DNA of 64,000 nucleotides from positions 806,001 through 870,000 of the forward strand of contig JABVCE010000003.1 in the NCBI GenBank assembly GCA_014905635.1. Reading direction: 5' to 3'. Below the pieces are notes generated by a model. That model did no database searches. It saw only the letters and a program-made list of their open reading frames with translations, and was not told where the DNA came from. The DNA comes from Scenedesmus sp. PABB004 (Eukaryota). Every line of letters starts with the position of its first letter. The first letter of the stretch is position 1. This document shows, in pieces, positions 13,101 to 24,726 of this stretch. The translations under genes and the position numbers were made by a program.

Positions 13101-13603
13101 GCCGACGCTCGCCGCGCCGGCGCTCGCCGCGCGCCGTGCCGCGCGCAGGAGGGCGACAGCTGGACCATCGCGTTCCACGACGCCGAGGACGCGGTGGGCT
13201 TTGGCCTGCAGGTGCGGGCCCGGTGCTGCTGACCTGAGCCTGCTGCTGGCTGCCGCGCGGCGCGCCAGCTGGGCGGCGCCGCCGCTGACCCGCCCGCCGT
13301 CGCTCCGGCCGCCGCTGACCCGCGCGCGCAGGTGCAGCAGGCGCTCGCGCAGAAGGTGTGGGGCATGCGCCTCGGCCCGAGCGACGCGGCGCTCGCGGAG
13401 CTGCGCAACATGACGGGCATGCGGGACGAGGGCTTCTCCACAAAGTACAGCGCGACGCTCATGCGCGCGAGCACGGCCTCCTCGCCGCGCGCAAGCAGCA
13501 GCGAGGGCTCGTTCGCCATGGACCGCGGCGCGCGCGGCGCCGCGGCGGCGGCGGCGGCGGCGGCGGCGGTCGCCGCCATCGAGGCGGTCGGCGCCGGCGG
13601 TGC

Positions 13604-13650
<47 letters not shown>

Positions 13651-16600
13651 CCGGCGCGCAGGGCGACGCGGGCGCCGGCGAGCGGAGCTTCACGTCGGCG
13701 TCGTGGCACGGCGGCGCGGCGAGCAGCGCGAGCAGCCACAGCGACCTCCAGCAGCTGGGCAGGTTCGGCAGCAGCGCGGGCGACCTCCTCGCGGCGCACG
13801 GCAGGCCGCCGGCGGGCGCGTCGCCCGCCAAGACCGCCGGCGGCGGCGGTGGCGAGGGCGGGTCGTTCACCGGCGCCAACGGCCACCGCGACGCGGGCGC
13901 GCCGCGCGGAGGCACGGGCGCGCCGCCGGGCGGCGCGCCTGCCGCCGTGGCCGACCGCAGCCACAGCCACAGCCACAGCGCGCCGCTGCCGGCGCCGGGG
14001 CAGGTCGCGGTGGTCCAGCCGAGCGGCGGCAGCTGGGAGATGGGCCCCGTGCCCGTGGGGCTCACCACCCAGATCATGGCGTCGCACTCTAGCTTTGGCT
14101 CCGGCCCCGGCCTCGGCGACCGCGTGACCGCGACGGGCAGCCACGTCTCGCGCCACATGAGCGAGGACCGCTCGAGCAGCCGGCTGTGGAGCGCGGTCAT
14201 GCGGCGGTTCAGCGCGCTCGGCCGCACCGGCGCGAGCTTTGGCAAGGTCGGCGGCCTCTCGGCGGACCAGCAGCCCGTGCAGGTGCTGCGCCTCGCGATC
14301 CGCGTGGGCATCGCCACGGGCGCGCTGCCGTACGCCTGCGACGTCAGCAACTGCACCGTCAAGGACCGCGCCAAGGGTGCGCCGCGCCGCGCCGCGCCCC
14401 GCCGAGCGGCGGCGGCGCCCGCAGCGAGCGCGCAGCCGGCACGCCCCGCCGCCCTCCCGCCCGCGCCGTGCGACGCCCGTGCGCCGCCGCCGCCGCCGCG
14501 GCCGCCGCAGAGCTGGTGAGCGACGTCGCGGCGGGCGGGCAGGTGCTGGTCGATGAGGGCACGTTCCTGCTCATCAAGGACAGCCTCAGCGTGCTCGGCA
14601 CGGTCAACGAGGCAGGCTACGACGACAAGATGCTGCAGCGCCTCATGCACGCCCAGGTCGTGGACATGCTGCAGCGCCGCATCGGCTGCAACGTGTGCAC
14701 AAAGTGAGGGCCGCGGACGCGGCGCCGTGCGTTGAGCGCCGCAGCGGCGGCGCCCGCGCGCGCGCCAAGCCGGGGCCGGGCGCGGGCGCCGGTGCGGCGC
14801 GCTGCTGCTCACCGCCGCCCGCCGCCGCCCGCCGCCGCCCGCCAGGGAGCACCGCGAGGCGTCGTTCACGAGCGAGGCGGCCGACCGGGGCGTGCAGGAC
14901 TACGACAACGACGCCGTCGTGGTGCACATGGGCTGCTTTGAGGTGCCCGTGGACGCCGAGGACGGCAGCCGCAACAACAGCGACGCGCACGCGGTCGACC
15001 TCGCCGCCGCCGTGGCCGGCAGGGCGCCGGCCCAGGACGCGGGCGCGCGCGACCAGGCGGCCAAGGCGGCCAAGGCGGCGGCCAAGGCGGCCAAGGCAGC
15101 CAAGGCCGCGGCGGCGGCGGCGGCCGCGGCCGCGGCGCCCGCGGCCGCGGCGGCGGACGCCGCCGGCGCGCCCGCGCGGCGGACGGTGCGGCAGCAGCTG
15201 CAGCTGTACTCTGTCGCCGCGCCGGGCATGCGGCGGCCGGCAGACAACACCGTCGACCTTCAGCGCTACCTGAGCTGGGCGGAGCCGGTCAGCATGAAGC
15301 CGGGCTGGCAGCAGATGCAAAAGGGCTTCTTCGACGCGCCAGGTGCGCGCGGCGCGGCGCGGCACGGCACGCTCGCCGACTGCGAAAGCTCGCGCCCGCG
15401 CGCGCGCGCGTGCCGACGCGCGCCCGCCGCCGCGCCCGCCGCCTGGCGCGCAGGCGCGCGCCAGGTCGACCTGTGCGCGTCGCTGCCGGGCACGGCCGCG
15501 CCGAGCCACGCGCCGCTGCCGGACGTGACGATCGTGTTTGCCTGCGTCGCGGGCGCGAGCAGCTTTACGTTCAAGCGCAGCCGCAGCGAGACGCACTTCC
15601 TGAACAAGGTCATCCGCCGCTGCCTGCTGCAGCAGCTCGCCGCCGTGCAGGACGGCGACGGCTACCTCTGCAGGCGCGGCGCGGCGCGGCTGCCTGCGCC
15701 GCGCGCGCGGGCGCGGCGCGCGGCGGCTGCCCGCCGCGCCGCCGTTCACCGCGATAGCGCCAGGCCTCCTGACGCGGCTCCCGTGCGCCCTGCCCGCCTG
15801 TCCGCCTGTCCGGCTGCCCCACGCGCCTGTGCAGGTGCCAGGAGGCAGACCTGAAGTACATGATCGCCTTTGAGCAGCCCCACCGCGCGGTGCAGTGGTG
15901 CCTGGCCGTGCAGGTGCGGCGCCGCGCCGCGCCGCGCCCTTCGCCGGCCGCTGGCCGCAGGGGAGCCTGCTGCAGCTGTTGCAGCCCGTGCTGTGCTGCA
16001 GCAGTTTGAGCAGGCTCCCCTGCGGCCCGCGCCCGCGCCCGCGCCCGCGGCGCCCGCGTGCCGCGCCCGCGTGCCGCGCCGCCCGCCCACCGCGCCGCCG
16101 CCGCGCCGCGCCGCGCAGGAGGCGCTCATGTACGTGCCCTGGCCCGCGCACGTGCTGGCGCACCCGGGCTTTGAGGAGGTCCCCGACCCCGCCACGGGGC
16201 TGCCGCTCTTCCGCGGCCCCCGCCTGCGCATGGGCCTCGCCGAGGGCCAGCCCACGAGCGTGCTGCCCGACCACACCGGGCGTGCCAACTACTTTGGCGG
16301 CAGCGTCAACCGCGCGGCGCGCTACATGGACGCCGCTGCGCACGGGGGGCAGGTGGTGACGGACGTGGAGCTGCTGCGCAAGCTCTGCCGCGTGTGGGCG
16401 GCGCAGGACCGCGAGGACAGCGTGTGCCCGGAGGGTGACAGCAACGACAGCAACGTGCAGCACGCGCCCGCGCTGTCGCGCGGCGGCAGCTCCTCCGGCC
16501 GGCACGGCTCACTGCCGCTGCCGCCGAGCGAGCACTCGCAGGCGTCGCTCGGCGGCAGCCACCACGGCGCGGCGGCGGCGGTCAGCCCGCCGCAGTCGCC

Positions 16601-17405
16601 GCCGCCGCGCGGGCGGCTCGCACTGCAGCTGCAGCAGCAGGTGCAGCGCCAGCGGCACGCGGCGGCGCAGGAGCCGCCGGCCGTGCGCGCGCCGAGCTCG
16701 GTCGCGGGCAGCGAGCTGGGCGCGCTGCCAGCATGGAGCCGCGGCCGGCGGCAGCACCGGCTGTCGGGCGACGAGGTCAGCGGGCTCGACCCCGCGGGCC
16801 TGCTGGTGCCCGCTCTGCGCACGCGCAGCGAGACCCACGCGCAGCGCGTCAGCTTTGGCCCCGGCGGCACGCCGCCGCTGCGCCTGCCGCCGCTGCACTC
16901 GCTGCACCACGGCCCCGCCGGCGGCCTCGCGCCGCACGGCGGCGGCAGCAGCAGCTTCACCTACGGCAGCGCCTCGCGCGGCCAGGCGCTGCTCGCGCTG
17001 CCGGAGCGCGGCCCCGACGCCGCGCCGCACGGCCTGCGCGGCCTGCCCGAGGCGGGCGCGCGCGGCGGGCCGGCGGTCGTCGTCGCGGCGCAGGGCGAGG
17101 CGGTGCTGGTGCGGCACCTGGGGACGTACCACTTCAAGGGCTCCGGCGAGTACGAGATGGCCCACCTCGTGCACGCCACGCTCGCCAAGCGTGTCTTCCC
17201 CGACGACGCGCCGCGCGGCAAGGGCAACCGCCTCTCCCCGGGCTGGGGCCCGGTGGAGGACTGCGACGCGGTGCAGCTGCAGGTGCCGCTCACGCTGCTC
17301 GCGGCGCGGGAGGAGTTTGCCGCCGAGGCGGGCACGCACGCGCACGAGCCGGAGCTGCTGGGCGTGCGGCGCACGTTCAGCCGCACGCTCACCGGCCGCC
17401 ACTGA
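10110..17405 (+). CDS. LRR receptor-type class III adenylate/guanylate cyclase (signal peptide, plant-type LRRs, Cys-rich region, single TM, two cyclase homology domains)
   Basis: Signal ALAALLVLGLARVVA; LRR N-cap CSWWGVSC; LxxLxLxxNxLxGxLP repeats; TM GIVGGIAALVVAVLCALVW; cyclase 1 VSIVVTDVKDFSEL..IMDQ|EGDSWTIAFH..IRVGIATG; cyclase 2 GPRLRMGLAEG..HTGRANYFGGSVNRAARYMDAAAHGGQV..LGTYHFKG; stop TGA 17403-17405. Confidence 0.85.
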
Positions 17406-18132
17406 GCGGCGCGCCGCCCTGGCCCGGCGCGCTGCGGGCGCGCGGGCGGCGGCAGCTGCACAGCATGCACTGGACGGTGATGGTGCCCGAGGACTGCGGC
17501 GTGCGACGCGGAGGCGGCGGCGGCCGGGCGCCGGGCGCACGGCCGCGCCGACGACCTCCGCCAACGCCTGGACTCGCCGAGAGAGAGAGAGAGATCATTA
17601 GGGGGGGGGGCGACCTGCGCGCGGCGCGGCTTGAGGCGATCACTTGTCGCCCGGCCTTGCGTGTGTTCGTTGTGGTTGGCGTGGTCGTGCGCCCCGTGAT
17701 CTCGTGCCGGGCCCTTGCGGTGATGGCGCGCCGTCTGCGCGCAGCCCCACCCTGTCGTGCGTTGCGGGGCCGATGCGATCCTCCCTGTCGGGCGGCTCGC
17801 GCGGCGTGGCGGCCCCAGCCTGCGCGGCTGTGGGGCAGCGCCCGCGGCCGCGCGCGACGCCGCATTTGCACCCGCTCTGTCTGCCCTCGCCCGGGCGCAA
17901 CTCAATCCACCAACAACACCTGCAAGACACTGGCAGATCACCCTGGGTGGTGCGGGCACGCACCAGCATCTTCCGAACGCGCGGGCAGGCGGTAAAACCC
18001 CGCGCCCAACGCCGGTCGTGCCGCCGCCGCTCACGGCTGTGCTGCTGTGCTGGCCCAGCCCGACGCGTGCTGCAGGGCAGCGGCGCACGCGGAGCAGCGC
18101 ACGCAGCGAGCGGCGCGGACCGCCGCCGAACA

Positions 18133-21100
18133 ATGGACGACCAGGTGGTCCTCCGCATGTGCAAGAAGATCGCGCAGCTCACCAAGGTCATCTACGGCCT
18201 GCAGACCCGCGTGGAGGACGGAGATTTCGAGCGCCAGGAGGCGGCGGAGGCGGCCGAGCGCGACGCGGCGGCCTGGGCCGCGCAGCTCGCGCGGGCGAGC
18301 GAGCAGCTGGAGTGCGCGCAGCAGGAGCAGCGTCGAGCCGCGGAGGAGGCAGCGGTGGGTGGCGCGCGCGGGGGCCGCGCCGCCGCTGCTCTCGCCGCCG
18401 CCGCCGCCGCCGCGCGGGCACAGCAGCAGCGTGACAGCCGCCGGCTGCCTTCGTTTGTGGCCGCTCTTGCGCGTGAGAACGCTGGCGAGCCGCTGCTGGC
18501 TCGCGCGCGCGCGCTGCGCAGGAGGTGCAGGCGCAGCATGCGTCGGAGCTCGGCCGCGCCGGCGAGGAGCTGGCGGCCTGCCGCCAGCACCTGGCTGACA
18601 AGGCTGCGGCGCTGCAGGTCTGGTTGGAGGGACGGGGCTGAAACTGGCGCGCGCCAGCGGCCAACGCCCGGCGCGCCGGCAGCGAGCGGCGGCTCACGAG
18701 CCTGCCCGGTACGCCCCCGCCCCCTCATGCAGGCGGCGCAGCGCCAGTGCGAGGAAGACGCCCAGTGCGTGGCGCAACTGCAGCAGGCGGCGACGACGGC
18801 AGCAGCGCAGCTGCGGGGCCTGCAGCAGGCCGAGCAGGTGGGGGCGCGTGGGCGAAGCGCGGCGGCCGCCAGGCGTGCGCCGCACCACGCGCGCCGCGCC
18901 ACTGCCCCGACGTGCGCAGGCGCTGCGGGACGAGCTGGCGGCGGCGCGTGCAGAGACCGCGGAGGCCGTCGCAGCCGGCAGCCGGCGCTGCGACGAGCTC
19001 GTGTCCGCAAAGCTGGTGGGCGAAGCAGACCTGCGGGCAGAGCTGCGGCAGGTGCGCGGCGACGCGCGCACGCGCTCATACGCGCAACAGCCTGCGCGGC
19101 CAGCTCTGCGCGCCCGCGCGCTCAGACGGCGCCTCCGCAGGCGGCCGCGGCGCTCGCCGAGCAGCAGGCAGCCGCCGACGCGGCCAGCCGGCAGTGGGAG
19201 GCCGAACGGCTGGAGCTGCAGGCGGCGGCGCAGCAGCTGCAGGATGCCGCGGGCCTGGCGGAGCGCGCGCAACGTGTGCAGCTGCAGGAGCTCGAGCAAG
19301 CGGTGGGCGCTGCGGAGGCTGCGCAGCAGGTGCACGCCGCAAGGGCGGCGGCGGCGGAGCAGGCACTGGCGGCGAGCGCGCAGGAGCTGGCGGCGTGCCG
19401 GCAGGAGCTGAGCGGAGCGCGCGCCCAGCAGCAGCAGCTCCAGGGCGAGCTGGCCGGCGTGCAGCAGGCGCTCGCGAGCAAGGCCGAGGCCGCCGACAGG
19501 CGCGTGCGCGCGCTGTGCGTGCTGCGCACATGCCCTTGCTCGCCTGCCGCGCTGACATCTGCCCGGCGCCGCGTGCTCCCCGCTGCGCCCAGGCTGGAGA
19601 AGCAGCTGCGGCGGCTGGAGCTGGACGGCTGCGAGCAGCAGCAGGCGCAGGGGCAGCAGGTGCAGCAGCTCCAGGCGGAGCTGGACGGGCTCAGGAGCGC
19701 GGCGTCGGCAGCCGCGGCGGCGGCTGCCGCCGCGGCCCAGCAGGCAACGGCCGAGGCTGGGCAGCGGGAGTCGCGCATCGCGCAGCTGCAGGCGGAGCTT
19801 GATGGCGCCGCCTCGGCGCGCGGCGAGCTGGAGGGGCAGCTGCGAGAAGCGCTGGCGGCGGCCGGCGCGGCGCGCGAGAGCGGCAGCGCCTGCAGGCGGG
19901 AGGCGGACCGGCTGCTGGCGGACGCGCAGGAGCAGCTTGTGTGTGCAAGGGTGCAGGTGCAGGCGCTGCAGCGCGCCGCGGATGAGCAGCAGGCTGCCGT
20001 GGCGACCGCGGCGGCGGCGGCGGGGGCGGCGGCGGAGCTGGCGGACGCGCGCGCGGCGGAACGGGCGGCGGCAGCGCAGCAGGCCGCCGCCGCGGCCGTT
20101 GCGCAGGCCCAGCGCAGCGCGGCGGCGGCGCTCGAAGCCAGGGAGGCGGAGCTGCGGGCCGACGCTGAGCAGGGCATGAGCGTGCTGCGTGCAGGGCACG
20201 CCGACGAGGTGGCGCGCCTTCGCGAGCAGATGGCAGACGCTGCGGGGCGCGCCGCGGCCGGCGGCGCGGCGGCGGGGGAGCAGCTGGCCGCCGCGGAGCG
20301 GCAGCTGTGCGAGCGGGAGCGGGAGTGCGAGCGCCTGGGCGCGGAGGTGGCGCAGCTGCAGCAGCAGCTGCACGGCGCGGCGGGCGCGACGCGCGACGCG
20401 GACGCTGCCACGGTGAGCGGGCGACCCGTGCGGCGGCGCCGCCGAGGCTCTGCCGCTGCTGACCCATCATCGCCCGCGCGCCCTGTGCAGGCGCGGCTGG
20501 CGCAGCAGCTGCACAACTCGCAGGCCAACGAGCAGCTGCTGCAGGGCGAGCTTGGGGCTGCCAGGGAGCGGCTGTCGGCGGCGGCGGCGCAGCAGGCGCT
20601 GCTGGAGGCGCGGCTGGAGGAAGCGCGGGAGCGCAGTGAGGCAGAGGCCAAGGCTGCGGCGGCGGCTCACGCGTGCGCGCTGCAGCAGCTGCGCGACCGG
20701 GTGAGCAGTGACGCGGGCGCGCAGACGCGCGCAGCGCTGGAGCAGCAGGCGCAGGAGCTGTGCGCGGCCGCGGCGGCGGCAGCGGCGGCGGCTGCGGCCG
20801 AGGCAGGGCGCCTGGAGGGGCGGCTGCAGCAGCAGGCGGCGCAGCACTGCCAGCAGCTACAGGCGCTGGAGGCGGCGCACCAGCAGCAGGTGGCGGCGCT
20901 GCGGCGGCAGCACGAGCAAGCGGCCGGGCTGGCGGCGGAGCAGCACGCGCGCCAGCTCGCCGACGCACTGGCGTCCGCTTCTGACAGCCAGCGCGAGAGC
21001 GAAACAGCGCTGAGGTGAGCGCAGCCGGGCGCGCTGGCCGTGCCGCGCTGGCCAAGAGCCTGCTGCACGCCGAGTGACCCCCCCCCTCCCCGCCGCCGCC

Positions 21101-22349
21101 GCTGCCCCCGCACCGCCGGGCAGGCAGGAGCTGGCCGGCGCGCTGGCCGCCGCAGAGCAGCAGGCAGCCGCCGCGCTGCAGCAGCAGGCGGGCGAGCTCG
21201 CAGCCGAGGCGGCGGCAAGGCTGGCAGCGGCGCAGGCAGACGCGGCGCAGCAGCGGGAGCAAGCGCAGGGCGCAGCCCAGCAGCGCCTGGCGGCGGCCTT
21301 GGAGGACGCCGCGCGGCAGCAGGAGCAGGCGCTGGAGGCGTGCGCCGCGCAGCACACGGCGGACGTGCAGCGCCTGCAGGCCGAGCTCCGGGCCGCGGGC
21401 GCGGCTGCGAGCGCCGCGGTGCGCGGCGGCTGGCCGGCCCGGCGGCAGTCATTGCCGCCCGCTCAGCCGCGCCGCGCCCGCGCACCCGCGCGCAGGCCTC
21501 GGAGCTGCAGGCCAGGCTCGCCGCGCTCGGCGCCGCCGAGGCGGCTGCGCAGGCGCGCTGCCGCGAGTTGGCGGCGGGCCAGGCCGAGCTGGTGTCGGCC
21601 AACGGGCAGCTGCAGCAGGCGCTCATGGACAAGGCCCTCGAGTCCGGCGCTGCGCTCGACTGCCTGCGCCAGCAGCACAGCGGCCAGCTCGCGGCGCTGC
21701 GGCAGGGCGCGGCCGCGGCGCTGGAGGAGGCGCACAGTGCCGCCGTCGCCGCAGCCGCGCAGGCGCAGCAGGTGCGCGGCGGCCGGCAGGGGGCCTGGCT
21801 GTGGGGGGGGGGGGGCATGCGCCGACAGCGCCCGCCGTGCCGCCGGCCCCGCAGGACGCGGCGCAGCTGGCGGCGGCCGCGGACGCGCGCCACGCCGAGC
21901 TGGCGGGCGAGCTCGCGGCGCTCCGCGCGCGCTGGGACGCGCGCGAGGCGCGGCCCGAGGACGCGGCGGCGATCGCGGAGCTGTCCGCCGCGCTGGCGGC
22001 GCGCGAGGCCGCGCTGCGGGGCGCGAACGAGCGGCTCGCGGCGCTGCGGGGCGAGATGCTGCTCCGCGAGGAGAGCTACAACCGGCGCTTCCGCAGCGGC
22101 GGCGCGGGCGAGCGCATGCTGGACGTGGCGGCGGCCGCGGGCGCGCAGGGGGAGGTGCTGGGCTGGATGCTCAAGGGCGGCGGCGGCGGCGGGAGCGCGA
22201 GCGGCGGGGGCCCGAGCGGCGGCGGCGCGCGGCGGCACGCGACGTCCGAGGCTGTGGGTGCGTCGCCGCCCGGCGGCAGGGCGGGCGGCGCGCCGGCGCC
22301 GGGCGGCTTGCGCGCGCCGACGGGCTCGTTCAAGCGCACGGGCCTCTAG
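18133..22349 (+). CDS. FAM184-like long coiled-coil protein, multi-exon
   Basis: N-terminus RMCKKIAQLTKVIYGLQT and C-terminal EMLLREESYNRRF match the FAM184A/B signatures as I recall them (MSKKIAQLTKVIY; LxNRExxFNxxF). A/E/Q-rich heptads lie between. Stop TAG 22347-22349. Confidence 0.75.
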
Positions 22350-22431
22350 GGGGTGCGCCGCGCGGCCTGATGCAACCGCCCACCAACAGTCGCCCGCTGC
22401 GTGCGCTCAAAAGCAACGCGCTGACTGCGGC

Positions 22432-23374
22432 TCACGCGCCGACGACGCGGCCGACCGCGCCGACGACCGCGGCGCGCACCGCCGCGAGCGCGCCCACCAC
22501 CGCCGCCCACACGCCCGCGAGCCAGTCGCCGAGCACGCCGCCCGCGCTGAACATCTGCTCGTGCAGCAGGCGATGCAGGTTGGCGATGTGCCCCGCCGGG
22601 CTCGCGCGCGGCAGCGGCACCGGCAGGTCGGCCGCCGCCGCCGCCGCCGCGGCCTGGCCCTCTGAGATGTCCTGGTACGCGGTCGCCATCGCGGCGGCCG
22701 CCGCGGCGCGGCTCTCCGCGTCGGCGACCATCTCGACCGCGCGGTTCATGCGCTGCACCGCCGCGACCATCGCGTCCTCCGCCGCCGCCTCGAGCGCAGA
22801 CTGCGGGCGCGGGCGCGCGGCGCGCATGGGCGCGCAAGCGCGCGGCCAGCGCGGCGCGGCGCGGCGTGCGCGCCGCGTCGCCGCGCGCCGCCGCCGCGGG
22901 GCGCCCTGCCCACCTGCACCGCCGACGCCGACGCCGACGCCTGCTCGGCCGCCTCGGCCGCGCGCGACGCCGCGCTGCTGGCGGCCGCAGAGTAGGCGGC
23001 CGCGCGCTGCGACGCCTCGACCGCGGCGCCGCTCGCGCGCATGGCGACGTGCGCGCGCTCGCGCAGGCTCGGCAGCGAGGGGTCGGCCGGCAGCGCCGCC
23101 AGCTCCGCCTGGCCCACCGCGCGCGCCGGCGCCTCCACCTGCACGCTCGGCAGCTCGGGCGGCGCGGCGAAGTCGAGCCGCCCCAGGTCGGCGCCCGCCC
23201 AGGGCGGCGGCATGCTGCTGAACCCCGCGTCCAGCGGGCTGGGCTGCGGCGCGCCGGGGATGCCGGCCGGCGGGAGGTCAAAGCCCGGGCCGAGGCCAAA
23301 GCCCGGCGCCGCCGTCGTCGCCGCCGCCGCGGCCGCCGCAGCGGCCTCGGGGGCCCCTCCGCCCGGCTGCTGCG

Positions 23375-23415
<41 letters not shown>

Positions 23416-24424
23416 GTGCCCACGGCAGCTGCTGCGCCGCCGCTGCCGCTGCTGCCTCTGCTCTTGTGCTTGCCCTTGATTTTGCTCTTGGGCGCCGCCT
23501 GCTCCTGCTGCTGCCGCTCCTGCTGCTGCCGCTCCTGCTGCTGCCGCTCCTGCTGCTGCCGCTCCACCACCGCCGTCACGCGGTGCTGCTGCGGCCGGGA
23601 GGTCTGGTACACGCCTGCGGGCGCCGCCGCCGGGCGCGCGGGCGGCGCGCGCGCGCGTCGGGCCCAGCGCCGGCAGCGCCGGCGCCGGCAGCGGGCGCCG
23701 GCGGCGGGCGGGACCCCCCGCGGCTCCGCGCGCGCGAGTGCCCCGCTCACGGAAGTGGTTGAGCACGCGGTACGCGCCGAAACTGAGCAGCAGGATGATG
23801 CCGAGCAGCCCCGCCAGCCCTGCAGGCGGCGCAGCGGCGCGGCGGCACAGGCGGCAGGGCAGCACGGCGTCGTCGGCGCGCGCGAGAGGACGGGCGCGGA
23901 CGCGGGCGCGCCCGGCCGCGCTCCCAGGTGCCGGCGCGCCCGACTGCGCCGCCGGCGGGCGCCGGCGGGCGGCGCCGCCGCGCGCGCATCGCTGGCAGCA
24001 GCGGCGTCGCGCGCAACTGCGCGCGGCGCGCCGCGGCGCCCGCGCGGCGGCGCGCGCGGTGCTGCGCGCGCGCACCCCAGTCGACGTCCTTGAGCGTCAG
24101 CGCCCGGGCGCCGCGCCACTCCTCCTCCTCGCCCGGCGCGGGCGCCTCGCCCCACGACTGCCCCGGCGCGGTCCCTGGCGCGCCCGCATCCACCGCATCC
24201 GCGGCGTGTCCGACATGGGCGCCGTTGGCGTCGTCCGCGGGCGCGCGCCCGGGCTCCTGCGCGGCCTGCGCGCTCAGCGCGGCGGTCGCCACGCCCGGGC
24301 CGCGCGTGCGGGCCGCCAGGAGCGGCCGGCGCAGGTCCCCAGGTCGCTGTTTGGTCAGGGGTATCCACCGCCGGCCGTGCGCGCCCAGGGCGGCGCCCTG
24401 GGGCGCGCGGCAGGCCGCGGCCAT
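22432..24424 (-). CDS. Hypothetical membrane protein, probably plastid-targeted (transit-like N-terminus, one TM, Q-rich and Ala-rich coiled-coil regions)
   Basis: Exons MAAACRAPQGAALG..LTLKDVDW, GLAGLLGIILLLSFGAYRVLNHF, GVYQTSRPQQ..SASAVQ and SALEAAAEDAMVAAVQRMNRAVE..GRVVGA*, with coding-like codon use and GT/AG ends. Internal exon structure is partly uncertain. Confidence 0.6.
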
Positions 24425-24726
24425 GCGGAGTGCGCTCTCGCGAGCCGCGTGCGGCGTGGGTGTCGTGAGCGAAAGTGAACGCGGCCACGACCCGATCAAG
24501 TGGCGTGCGGTGTCCCGAGACCGGCAGCGACTGACACGGCTGCCCCGCCGGCGCCGGCGCCGCCGCCGCCGCTGCACCGCCGCGGCGCAGTGTGCCCTGG
24601 CGGTCGTCGGCCCATGCCGCCCGCCCCCTGTGGCGCACCGACAGTCCACACGCTGCCCGATTGCTGGCTGTGCCCACGGCACGCGCAGAAGCGAGCGAGG
24701 GCGGTCGCTCGACAGCCCCCACCACG

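Noticed and set aside
23380..23415. Poly-Cys ORFs on strands opposite (CAG)n tracts (also ~13605-13650)
   Set aside because: Antisense readings of poly-Gln codon runs, unlike the non-repetitive Cys cluster in the globin tail.
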